From assembly GCA_013265495.1 (NCBI GenBank), contig MU058796.1:558001-620715 (forward strand): a stretch of 62,715 bases of DNA, written 5' to 3'. The position numbers were made by a program, and so were the translations under genes. Under the pieces are notes generated by a model that saw nothing but the letters and a program-made list of their open reading frames with translations, made no database searches and was not told where the DNA came from. This DNA comes from Vicugna vicugna (Eukaryota). The number at the start of each line of letters is the position of its first letter. The stretch's first letter is position 1. Shown here piece after piece: positions 1 to 12,345 of this stretch.

Positions 1-1834
1 TTGCATTTAGTTGGTTTATTTCAGTGAAATCATCCTTTCCTTAAAAAAAAAAATAGCTGTATGTAAAGATGGTCTGCGCAGGCACGACACTAACGATTTC
101 TTTATCCCCATTTTCCCACCATGCCCTTCTGTTATTGATTCTAAGCAGGTATAATATTGCTCTTCACTGAGGAGAAATTTTAGGACTAGTGGTTTATAAA
201 AAAGAATTGGTCTCCATCAGTAACTCTGAATTTCTTCTTTTTACTGGATGTAGTCAGATTTATGCATTAATAGAGCAAGTATGTTTCCTGAAAGTGGTTA
301 AATAGACCAAGCTGGATGGGGGAGATGGTGCCTTAATGTGAAAAGTTACGTGTTATTTCTGTGGCAAAACTATTTGTTCAATATGTTTCTCCCTAAGGTA
401 TTTCAGGAGGTCACTATTTAATCTTGATGAATAATTGTAATTTAAAAAATTAATCAAGCTAAAGCATCTTAATGAAATGTGCAACTACAGTATCTTTGAG
501 CAATCAGTTTGGAGATACAGTATTAGCACACCCTAATGCATTTTAATAAGGAAAGAGGGAGAACCACAGACATTAATCTGGTCACTTTATGAAATTCAGG
601 CAACATACTTCAAAGCCTACATACAATCTAAAATAGCATTTTACGGTTTGTAATTATTAGAGTACTACTTAACAGCAAGACTCTTAGATAACACACTTCC
701 TAACTGCATCATCCATTTCTTTAAACTTCCGGGAGGGAGGATGCTTTTCTCCTGTAACTCTACTAACCAGGTTTGTTTTATGAAAGCATTTACCTATCAT
801 GGGGTCTGTGGAATCAAGGTATTTGCTTTGAATGCTCGGTATGATTGTTGTTGCATGCTAGCTTGCTTTTGTGTAAATTGATAATGGTAGACAATGTCAT
901 AATAAGCTAACCATAATTCTTTCTTCCTTTTTCTCCTTGCCTACTGTGCTTGCTTTTTCCTTGTATGTATTTTGCTTATTTTTTTAATAGACTTAGTATT
1001 ACACGTTTGAGATATGTGATGTACAGCATTTAATAACAATTTTATAATGTAACTTATATATAGACATAAATAAGTAAATTTATTAGTTATTAGTGGGGAA
1101 GAGAGGCACTACCTTACCCCACTTTTCAAAATAAGTACTAAGATAGACGGGGACGTTTCTGTACTCCTGAAAAGGAGGCTAATTTTGTTTACAGTTAAGA
1201 TGGGGGTCTTTATAGAAAAAGAAAATTTAGTAGAAAAAATTGAAATGTACTGAGATGTTTAATTAAATATTTCTTCTTACATAAATATCTTTAGAAAATG
1301 TAACCATATCAATATTTGTTAAATTGGACCTGAGCTCCAAAATTGAATATCCATTTTTATAAATATATTTCCTTTTGTTATGCATATCTAATTTTAGTTA
1401 GTTTAATAATGAGTTCACATTAGATAAGTGGGGTGATGTACCTATGCATGCATTTATGTCTGTAGCATACCGATGTAAAGTAAAACTTGGTAAGAATGCT
1501 GAGTGACTTTGCAAGGCAAGAGTAGGTATACCATGCATTAGTGAAGAATTTCATTATTTATTCAGGTACACTAAGTGGAGCAACATGCCAACATATTTGC
1601 ATTGCCTCCTTAATCTACTAAAATGATTGATCCATGTTCTTTCATGTAACTTTAGTATCTTTCTCCTGCTAGGTTTTCCTGTTGTGTGTTTCTCTTTATC
1701 CAAAGTAGTGCAACTCTTATTCTTCCTATATTTAGCATCTGTTACTAATTCAATCTTATAGTCAATTTATTTTAATCTTTTTTCTTTTTTCCTTGCACCT
1801 TTTTTTTTTATTTTTCTCCCGATGCTTAAAATAG

Positions 1835-1849
1835 AAGTGGAGCAAAAAG
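1835..1849 (+). CDS. ADGRL2: Alternative microexon, lectin-OLF linker (KVEQK, 15 nt; or MEQK, 12 nt from 1838)
   Basis: Polypyrimidine tract, then atag|AAGTGGAGCAAAAAG|gtaaat. Phase 1-1. KVEQK is the known latrophilin splice-site-A insert. Confidence 0.92.
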
Positions 1850-2779
1850 GTAAATAACATATACAGTTTGAACCCCAGCTCCCTGTTATGTGCCTTATGG
1901 ATGTTTCCTCCTCCCTTCCCTTCCCCCACAACACTCCTGACATTACAATATAATCAGCAGGACCTCATAAATGCACCTCATAGAGAAATCGACTGTTTAC
2001 AATGAAATTATGTGACTGCTAAATCTGGTGATGGGGTAAAATTTCTGAAGTCGGCGAGGGGGAGCTGGCCTTTCTCTGTTTCTTTTCACCCTTTATCTCT
2101 TTTTTCTGACACCCTTGGATATTTTAGTATTAACGTGTCATCTTGCCTGGCTTCCAGAACCCTCTCCATAGCATGCCATGGTTACAGGGTCTCCTGGTCG
2201 TTTCATCACTGCTTTCCTTGTATTTACTTTTCTCTGCTTCTAATTGCATTTTCTGAATATTTATGTTCCTTCAATTGAAGCACTTTTGTTTTCAGTCTAC
2301 CTTCCGTAGAAGTTCTAAATAAGCCTTCATGTTGGGTTTTTTGTTCTATTTGCTTTATTTTGGTGTTTTGCTTTGGTGGGGCTTGTAAGTGGGCTTAAGG
2401 GAGGGAAGGGTACAAAGTTTGGGCTGAAATAAAATACTTGGCTCACTGTTATGCACAAAGCTCAGAGTTCTAAAGCATAAATTACCAAGGTATAAGATAA
2501 AAACATACAGCAAAACTATAAGTTGTTAGTTCAATTATGAGTGGTCTTAAACTTAGGTTTGCATTTGTGAAAATAAACCCCAGCCACTTTGTATGCTGGT
2601 GCATTGATTACGGTAACTTGAGGAAAGAAAGGTAGGACTTGTCTTATGTGTAAGTTGTGGTAAAACTGAATGGTAATAAAGTGAATTTTTCTCTTTTGAT
2701 CTGTGATCACTGAAACTTGTGTGTGCCTGTATAATCTTCTCACTTGGCTTAATTCTTGTCTTTTCTCTGTGGCTGTTAG

Positions 2780-3580
2780 TTTTTGTGTGCCCTGGGACCT
2801 TGAAAGCAATTGTGGATTCACCGTGTATATATGAAGCTGAACAAAAGGCAGGTGCTTGGTGCAAGGACCCTCTTCAGGCCGCAGATAAAATTTATTTCAT
2901 GCCCTGGACTCCCTACCGTACCGACACTTTAATAGAGTACGCTTCTTTGGAAGATTTCCAGAACAGTCGCCAAACAACAACATACAAACTTCCAAATCGA
3001 GTAGATGGTACTGGATTTGTGGTATATGATGGTGCTGTCTTCTTTAACAAAGAAAGAACAAGGAATATTGTGAAATTTGACTTGAGGACTAGAATTAAGA
3101 GTGGGGAGGCCATAATCAACTATGCTAACTACCATGACACCTCACCATACAGGTGGGGAGGGAAGACTGATATTGACCTAGCAGTTGATGAAAATGGCTT
3201 GTGGGTCATTTATGCCACTGAGCAGAACAATGGAATGATAGTTATTAGCCAACTGAATCCATACACTCTTCGATTTGAAGCGACGTGGGAGACCGTGTAT
3301 GACAAACGTGCTGCCTCAAACGCTTTTATGATCTGCGGAGTCCTCTACGTGGTCAGGTCCGTTTATCAAGACAACGAGAGTGAGACAGGCAAGAACGCCA
3401 TTGATTACATTTACAACACCCGACTAAACCGAGGAGAGTATGTCGATGTTCCCTTCCCCAACCAGTACCAGTACATTGCTGCAGTGGATTACAATCCAAG
3501 AGATAACCAGCTCTACGTGTGGAACAATAACTTCATTTTACGCTATTCTCTGGAGTTTGGTCCACCTGATCCTGCCCAAG
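2780..3580 (+). CDS. ADGRL2: Olfactomedin-domain exon (FVCPGTLK...GPPDPAQ), 801 nt
   Basis: ttag| acceptor at 2779 and CAAG|gtaaga donor at 3581. Lies within ORF 2719..3618 with OLF motifs ([34 protein letters not shown]). Confidence 0.98.
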
Positions 3581-6500
3581 GTAAGAATGTGTGCTTGCTA
3601 TGCTTAGGTCTTTTGTGAACAGCTTACTTACAAGCCTTATTAATTTCGTTTCCCTATTTATTTCCTTTCCCTTTTCATAATTGAAGCACAAATGCTAATG
3701 TTGTGGCACTTCAAATTGTCATATGGTGTGTGCATTTTAGCCTTCCTTTGGTTCATTTTCTTTTTTCTGAATTTCGTCATTTAAACGTTAGTTTCAAAAA
3801 ATTGTAGCATCCTTGGTCAGTTTAGTTTTTCATTGCTAAAAATGTAATGCTGCTACAAACCTGTTAGCTTTGTGTTTCTTGTCTTTTTTTTTTTTTTTTT
3901 CCATCTGACTTCTGAATTGACGCAGACCTTTTAACTTCTTGGCGCCAGTGGTTAAAGGAAATGTGTGTTAGGAAGTCCCAGGACGATTGCCAGGCTTGAT
4001 GTGCAATGCCAGACATAAGTGTTCTGTAGTTTTGGTGTCTGCTCTCTGGGTAGAAGGAGTCATCCAGGATCTTACCAGATCATCATGTAAAAGTTTTATT
4101 TCCTGATAAATTTGTGGCAGTTTTAGGTCAACATTTCTATGACTTTAACTGTCACACAGACAGATCTGCTAGCATCTTTTTGATTTGTGTTCTCTTTAGG
4201 TATCTTTATGGAGGATCATTACCTTATAAATCTTTGGAAATATATTTTACTTTATCAAGTGAATTCAGCTCTGCAGTAAACAATTTTGGGGGATAAATTA
4301 AATGAAAATTTCATTAAACAAGATTACTTCATACTCATGATAAAAGAATGACCTATTAATTTATTGTAGAGCTTGCACTAATTATATCTTTTTTATTTGA
4401 ACAAGAATATTTGTGTTTTAAAGATATGAATTAATATTTCAGTTTTCTGAGTTAATTGGAATTTTCATATTATTGCGTTACTTCCGAATTGTAGGAACCA
4501 GAACGTTCTTTGGGGTGATTAAACCACTCTCTTCAGTACAGTGGAACAGAGATTAGTATCTTTTTCTTCTGTTAAAACAGTACACATCCACACACTTAAA
4601 CATAACCACATATACCTAGATGTATTTTAAGGGATGGTGTTACTGTGTTCTAAATATTGTCACAGGATTGGGACCTTAAAAGCTGAAGCCTTTTGTAGTT
4701 GAATTTTCTAATTTGGGTCATAGAATATCAAAAATACGTAGTTTTGTTGTTGTTGTTCATAACATGGGAGCAACCATGGCATACTGACTTAGCGTAAGGC
4801 CCCCTTTTCTCTTAATTCATGAACATCTAAATTTTTGGCCTTAAAATTGTAGCAGTTGTTGAACTTTTAACAATGAAATCTTTTTTCAGGGCATAAAAAT
4901 ATTTATTGATAGTATCTTAGAATCTTTTATTTTTAAATGTGGACATATCTTTTTTCTCCTGAGGTCAGCAATTTGGGATGGTTCCCACACCTCAGTTGTT
5001 TTTCTAAAACCTAGTACCATGCTTCTTTATCCTTGAGGTTTGTAAAAGTGAAAAAAGGTCAGTAATTGGCAAAATTTGACACCGTGGAGGTACTTTTGTT
5101 AAATACTTTTGTATTACCCTCACAGCTGTTACATTTGTCTTGGGTGGCAATAAATCTTTTCCCTGCCATTAGGGAAAAAAAATCATTTAAACATGCAAAT
5201 TCATAATCAAGCAACACCTGAAGTTGAGTACAGATTCAGCTCAACAAAGAGTCATTGCCCCATCTACTTGTCACAAAGTACTTCCCTGAATACAAGATGA
5301 GTAATAATGTTATTTTCCACATGTGACTTATGTTCTAGTACATAATTCTATTTCAGATGAAAACATCTGATAATTTGGATACTTTTGGAAAAGAGCAATT
5401 ATTGGCTTCGAAAATGAGAAACTTAGGCATATTTGGTAACTGTGTTTATACTGTCATGTTTTGTTATCCAAAATAGCCATTCTTATATATTCCCAAAAAG
5501 TGAAAATTCATGTTGACCTCTCTTATTAAGCCCTTAGTGGTAAAAAAGTTTTATCTGACCTGAATATTTCTTGCTGCTGTTTAAATCTAATTCTCTTGCT
5601 CTTTGTAATTTATCTTCATGTGCTTTTAGAGAGACTCTTACCTTGCTCATCCAAGACGTGTGCTGATGTCTAAATGCATGTAATGGGGCCTTGCAGAGCT
5701 ATTCTGGCCCATACATTTAGGTCAAACCAAAAAGCCACTGTCAGCAAGTCTTGTGTACTGGATTTGCTATCATGTATGTGGCCAAGGTATATACATTGTT
5801 CTGTAAAATGAATAATTTTTCATTATTGACTGTTTCATCCTGTTTTAGCTTCAATACTTTTTCCCATTTATAAATCTAAGCCTTTTTATTCCTAACAGCA
5901 CAAGTGTATTATTGCTTTGCCTTAATAGTGTTTTCAAATACATCTTTCTTGGCTTTGAATTTTTAGCTTTTGTGACCTCTGCACCATTAATTTCCTCCAT
6001 TCCCCTAAAGTAAAGCTGTTTTTCTCGTTCACTTTCTTCTTCTATGAAGTGGGTGCAGAAAAAACCCATTTCAGTTGTATATTAACTCTTTTCTCTGTCT
6101 TAATCTGAAATGCTTTATATTTACTTAATCTGTCTGCAGATTTGATATCCCAGATATTATTGAAAAATATTGTCTTGGATTCTGACAGTTCCTGAATATC
6201 TGTCTTAGAGTAACAATGAAGTGTGACACTTAAACAGCTTGAGAGACAATTTTTATCGAGAAAGCCAGTTAGGTTTATTATGTAGGAAGTGTTTAGCACA
6301 GAATACTCATTTCTTGAAACACCTTCCCACTGATAATGAAGGCTCAGTAAAAGATGATCAGTAGTTTTAGACATTGAATGGGGTTAAATTTAATAAATCT
6401 TCAGTTTTGCCTTCCCAGACTACAGACTCCCTCTAGCTGGAGTTCATTTAGTGAATAATGGGTGAGTTTTTGGACTTGGAAGAGGGAACGAACCACCCTT

Positions 6501-7059
6501 AGCATAACTGCATATTGTCCTTAAAATCTTTTTACATGGGAAAAAAGTTGCTAATAAATAGCAAGTTCTTAGTAAATACAACCATAGTAAATTGAGCCAT
6601 TCTGTGTGTGTTTGTTGAAATCTTCCTGTGTCACTAGTAAATTTGCTTAATAGCATCATTAGCACCATTTCTGGGTCTCTGCACTCCAGTGGTGAATGGC
6701 AGGCAGAATGCGAAGTCAGTTCATAGGTATGTTTGATGTGGCATCCTCATAACTCTGGGACAGGCTCTTAGAGCAGGGTTTATAGTTGAGATATAATTCT
6801 GTTGTGAGTTTCCATGTTTTCTACCCCCATTTGTAGGATATTCGTAAGTTTTGTGCCCTTTTTGCCACATTTATTTCATTATGAAACGTTTTATTATTAT
6901 TGCTTTAGTATTATGTTATCTTCCCATATTTTTTCCTTTAAAGACGTATGCAGAACACAGTGTTGGTTAAATGCTCCAGAACCAGGGCACACTGCTTTGT
7001 GGGATACCGTACTTTCCCAGAGTCTATGAAAATCTTTGACTAGAAAAATAAGATCATAA

Positions 7060-7230
7060 CAGTTAAGAGTATGGACAAGTGACCTTGAACAAATTGCCTA
7101 ACCTTCTCCATGGCTCTGTTTTTTTGTCTCCTAGTACCTACTTCATGGGGTTGTGGTAAGAATTAAATAAGATGATCTGATGAGCCATGAATGGTGATTA
7201 GCATAGCATCTGGTACCTAAATGCTGAAGT
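7060..7230 (+). mobile_element. MIR SINE fragment
   Basis: MIR core: gtgaccttgaacaaattgcctaacct...tacctacttcatggggttgtggtaagaattaaat. Confidence 0.7.
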
Positions 7231-9529
7231 GTAAGCTTTTATCATTATGGGATGCCCTGTTGCGACCTGTCTTCACCTAAGGAAAGAAATATTAATTTTT
7301 AGAAATACCTCTGCATTTCTACCTTCAGCATTAGAAAAAAATTGCTTTCCCTAAGGTTGCTAAACTTCAGCCTTGCAGAATCTTATAGTTGTCCTCCTGG
7401 GGTTAGATATTGCCACTTAAAGTTGACTTTCATGTTTATTTTCATTATATCCCAATATTTCATTGATTTATCATTGAAGAATGTGTTCCTTCCCTTTAAA
7501 CTTCTTTTGATGAGCAAAGGGTGAAAAGGTATGAAAATTTACTATCGAAAGACACATGCAGACAGGCTGTAGAATGTTGGATGAGATTTTTTGCGTTTAA
7601 TAAGAGGTCATTTTGTCACCTACCTTCACTCACTTGTTATGAATCTTTACTGGTGTCTGGCTAACACATCGCTAATTGCAGTATTGTTAATACATATTTC
7701 AGTGATTAAATATGTACTAATTAGGACAGTGTCAAGGGACACATCAGATGGTGTAGCACTAAACCATTTTGCTCTGCCCTTTTCTCTCTTTGCTCTGATT
7801 CTCCACTCCCGTTTGAGATTTGATTCTGCAGCATTCATTTGACACTTCTGCAAAAGATTGTGATGCTTTTGACAAATGTTAATTGAGGAAGCACTGAAAG
7901 CATGGCTGCATTGTAATCAAAAGAAAATTACAAGGTTTAACAAGATGTCAGGCAAGTGCTTTACAGAGAAAGACAGACAGGTTTGAACAGGCTTCTGCCG
8001 CAGCTGGCTGGGCGTGACGTTTGACTAAGGTACACAGGCTTCTCTCACATGGTCAGTAACCAGTGCCCTGGAAGCAAAACACTACTTAAGAAGTTTCTTT
8101 TGTGGTAGAATGATAAAAGGATGTAAAAATGTCTTGTAATTATTGATAAAAAGAAGTTTGTCACTACTAAAAAACTAGAAACAAGTGCACACTGCTTTTT
8201 CTGATAAACTTAGCATACTCTGTCAATAGTTAGAACTATATGAGCAACTATTTATGGACCAGAGTTTAAAATGTTAAATATATCAGTGACAATCATATGA
8301 ACTTGTTTCCCAATAACTTTTAATGTTCTAGTGTGTTCCTTATGTATAATAAAGCCATAAAATAAATCAATGTTTTATAAGATTTTGTAAACATTTTCAT
8401 GATTAAAAAATAGTTATTTTTAATTTGCCCTACTCAATTTAAATTTAAGGCATATTTATAAGAGCCAGTAATCTATAAATGTTGGTAAAACTTTAATGTG
8501 ATCACCTAATAGAGTTTAAATGATGTCAGTAAAGTTTTGCTGACAATTTTTGTTGTTGTTTAAACTAATTACATGGTAATTAATGAAGGAAACATTAACC
8601 TCCATTATTTTTTTAACCTAGTGGATTTAACAGTTTAAAAGTAATGTTGGAAGTGAAAAATAACCTTTAAAGTTTTTTTCTTTTTAAATTTCTACCTTTC
8701 AGTGGGTAACTATGGTCCTTTTATACTCTCTGTTAAGTGTCAGTAAAGTAAGTAGGGTTCGTTTCAAATTAGCCATGATTTGATCCAACCTGTTATCTTA
8801 CTATGAGATTACATTGTACCTTCTGACCAGAACTCGTTGCTTTTTATACCTACATTTTCAAACGTAAAGATGCAGAAGCCTCAGGTGTTTCCTTGCTAAA
8901 ACAGCACAATCGTGCCAAGCGTTATCTTCAGTTTGGATCTAATCAGGCATGCTCCGAAATCTCTTGAGCAGGAATGGCTGCTGGGTGGAAAGATGTCACA
9001 GTATTTGTGCTCCTGCAAGACGTAGACCACGTGATATGAAATTTTCTGTTGTCCTAATTATATGTAATTGTCAGACTTTTGTTGATACTTTGAATTTTAT
9101 CGTTTTAGAGAATGCATTTACATAAGGAAATATCTTGAGATTTTTTAGTAGTGACAGTGTATTTGATACGTACATTAAAACTTTGTAAGAACTTGACCTT
9201 CATTTCCTGATAGCTGATTCGTGATGAAATTATACGTAAACTATATTGTCAAATATTTCGTTGAGAAGTAAACCTAACACAGTTAGGGTCATGGAGCAAG
9301 ATCTATGGTGAAGCCTAGTCTGCCATTGCTTAGCCAACAAGATGAATGTATTGGAAGAAATGAAGAGATGTATTTTTCCTCCCACCTGACAGATATTCTC
9401 AGTAATTCTCATTTTGTTGGTGTTGGGGTAGTTGGGCCAGTGGGGTTTTGTGGGTGTGTGCGTGTGTGCACACGTTCACATGTGAGTGCAAGTGTGTTTG
9501 AGATTAACATGCTCATCTTTTTTCCATAG

Positions 9530-9823
9530 TGCCTACCACAGCTGTGACAATAACTTCTTCAGCTGAGCTGTTCAAAACCACAGTATCAACCACAAGCACT
9601 GCTTCACAGAAGGGCCCCATGAGCACCACTGTAGCTGGATCACAGGAAGGAAGCAAAGGGACAAAACCACCTCCAGCAGTTTCTACAACCAAAATTCCTC
9701 CTGTAACAAATATTTTTCCCCTGCCAGAGAGATTCTGCGAAGCGTTAGACGCGAGGGGGATAAAGTGGCCTCAGACACAAAGGGGAATGATGGTTGAACG
9801 ACCATGTCCCAAGGGAACAAGAG
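9530..9823 (+). CDS. ADGRL2: Ser/Thr-rich linker and start of HormR domain (VPTTAVT...RPCPKGTR), 294 nt
   Basis: ccatag| acceptor and AGAG|gtattt donor; phase 1-1. Confidence 0.96.
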
Positions 9824-10373
9824 GTATTTCTGTCAAATACTAGATAAACATTTTACAATGTAGTTTAAGTAGTTTCCGAATTACACTGAAGTGATTTTAT
9901 GTGAGGAAAGAGATACAGTAAACTAACGTCATTGTTAGTTTTGTTAATTCTGTAATACAGCATGTGTACACAAGGGGTTTTTGAACTGTAAAAGTCATTT
10001 ACGGTCAGGCCGTGGATTACCTCTCCCTCCCAAAGACCCAGGTCAAGCCTGAGATTGTTGCCCGTGAACTCTCTACTGAGGCTTCCTTACAGCTGTCTTT
10101 CTCATTACAAGTGATTGGATGAGTCCCAGAAAAATCAAGGGCTTTTTGTTCTTTTTGTTTGTTTGCTGTAAATGTCTGATATTTCTATACCGACTTTGTA
10201 TTTACTGTTTATATTCTGCATTATACTCTACATTTCTGTCAGTTATTGTCAACTACTTCCATTAGCGTTTATTCACAATTTAACACACGGAGTAGGTTCA
10301 TCATAGGTGATTTCCCAAGTGCATGCAGAAAAAATGGTTTCAATTTCACTGTTGTTTTCTACATCTGTTGCAG

Positions 10374-10477
10374 GAACTGCCTCGTATCTCTGCATGGTTT
10401 CCACTGGAACATGGAACCCTAAGGGCCCCGATCTTAGCAACTGTACCTCACACTGGGTAAATCAGCTGGCTCAGAAG
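10374..10477 (+). CDS. ADGRL2: HormR domain exon (GTASYLC...WVNQLAQK), 104 nt
   Basis: tgcag| acceptor and AAG|gtgggt donor; phase 1-0; contains GPDLSNC. Confidence 0.96.
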
Positions 10478-11331
10478 GTGGGTTGGAACCTTTCAATATG
10501 ATACACATTGATGATTTAACAGCTTTAACTTCTAACGTAAATAATTTAGCTTTGTGTGTTAAAACCAGCTTCATCGCTCTTTGTTCAGTATGAATGTAAA
10601 AAATTATGCATAGTTTTGTCTGTAAACTATTTATTCAGAGTTACATATGTTTTAGGGCATGCTGTTTTCTATGTCAAGCTCTTTAATGAGTACATACTTG
10701 CTTAATTTCATTCATATTTAGTTTGTTCTGTTTCTTTTGATGTTCGTAAGACAAATAGGATGCTGGCCTAATAAATCAAGTATCATTAAGTCTGCAACTG
10801 AATCCACAGAATGCAAGCAGATGTGCATATCACAGATGATGGTGATAGAATGAGTAAAAATGACTTTAAAAGGCATTAGTGATGTTAGTATTACAATGTA
10901 ATGCAGTGACATTTTAGTTTCTCCTTCACCATCTACCTTCTGAAGTGTCAGCAGTAGATAAAAACTGTCAGTGTTAGACTGATTGTATTCTGACTTAAAT
11001 TTCTGGACCATTGGAATAAATAAATAAGGTTTTTAAATAGCAGTTTCAAATAGTTGCAGTGAAATGAGAGAGCTGTCTGAAGAATTTTAAGAAGAATTTC
11101 TGGGGTTTTTTCCCTTTTGTTTCTTTTAAATGTCTGGTTAAGAATTTCTTTTTGAGGATCTAAGAACCTTTAATCATCTGAAATGAAGAGAAAGTTATTG
11201 GTCTCAGTTAGTTGCAGACTTTGACATATTTGCAAATATTTTTTCTTGTCCACAACAAAGGTACTTGGGAGAACAAGAAGCCACAAACAGAACAAGACAT
11301 CTTACTGAGATAATATAAACTGTCATTTCAG

Positions 11332-11517
11332 ATCAGAAGTGGAGAAAACGCTGCTAGCCTTGCCAATGAACTAGCTAAACATACCAAAGGACCGGTGTTT
11401 GCCGGGGACGTGAGTTCTTCAGTGAGACTGATGGAGCAGTTGGTGGACATTCTCGATGCACAGCTGCAGGAGCTGAAACCTAGCGAGAAGGATTCAGCTG
11501 GACGCAGTTACAACAAG
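11332..11517 (+). CDS. ADGRL2: GAIN subdomain A exon (IRSGENAA...SAGRSYNK), 186 nt
   Basis: ttcag| acceptor and AAG|gtcggt donor; phase 0-0. Confidence 0.96.
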
Positions 11518-12306
11518 GTCGGTAGAAAGTTTCTGTTATTTTCAATTAGATGTTTCGTGCAGCAGCTCTGGATTCTTCTAGCGGCTGACTGCCTAACTTA
11601 AAACTTCTAATTTGGTTTATGTCTCAAGAAAGAATTACAGTGCACCCCCATATAGTGCATTAAAGGAGCAATGTGAACCCCAGAAGGATGCTGGGTACCT
11701 GAGGGAGATCTTAGTTGGTGGCAAACTTCCTCCGCCTGGCTGTGGTCAGGACTCTCCCTTGGGGCTGCCTTATCTGCACTAGGAGAGAGTGTGTGTTACA
11801 CAGCTACAGTCCACTCTCGTGGCTGTAACAAAACGGCCATGCGTACAGGAACGTTGGCCACTGAAATTCTGTTTTCAACGGTAGGTTTTAGAAGAACGAT
11901 ACACTTCCTTTGCTAGAAGTATAGTGTGTTAGTGCTACTAATTTTTTCTCCTACAACAAAAATTTGATCACTATTTTAACCATACTATGAAGTGTTTTTG
12001 TGAGAGTCATATAATCCAAAATCTATGGCTAAAATGATCTTACAGGTTTTTTTCCTTCCTTTTCATCATGTATTTTGTCTCTAGTTTTACCAAGTTACTT
12101 TGGATTAGTGTGTTTAGTAAAATACAGTTCAAAGCTGTGAATACACAATCTTGGCAATCAGTATAGACTCACAAAAATCCAGAGGCCCACAAGTACATGA
12201 TAAACTCTGAGCTCAGGAACACTAGCTTAATTTTTGAGGATTTCTTCTTTCCTCATTTTCAACAGATAAAATCTAACCTCTGATTTTCTTTTCTTTTACT
12301 AAAAAG

Positions 12307-12345
12307 CTCCAAAAACGAGAGAAGACATGCAGGGCTTACCTTAAG
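12307..12345 (+). CDS. ADGRL2: 39-nt cassette exon in GAIN (LQKREKTCRAYLK)
   Basis: Pyrimidine tract plus aaaaag| acceptor and AAG|gtatct donor; in frame, phase 0-0. The peptide is recognisable from latrophilins. Too short for the ORF track. Confidence 0.92.

Noticed and set aside
2719..3618. 299-aa ORF with a hydrophobic N-terminus as a stand-alone secreted olfactomedin gene
   Set aside because: The apparent signal peptide is the translated polypyrimidine tract, the start is GTG, and canonical splice sites bound the real exon at 2780-3580.
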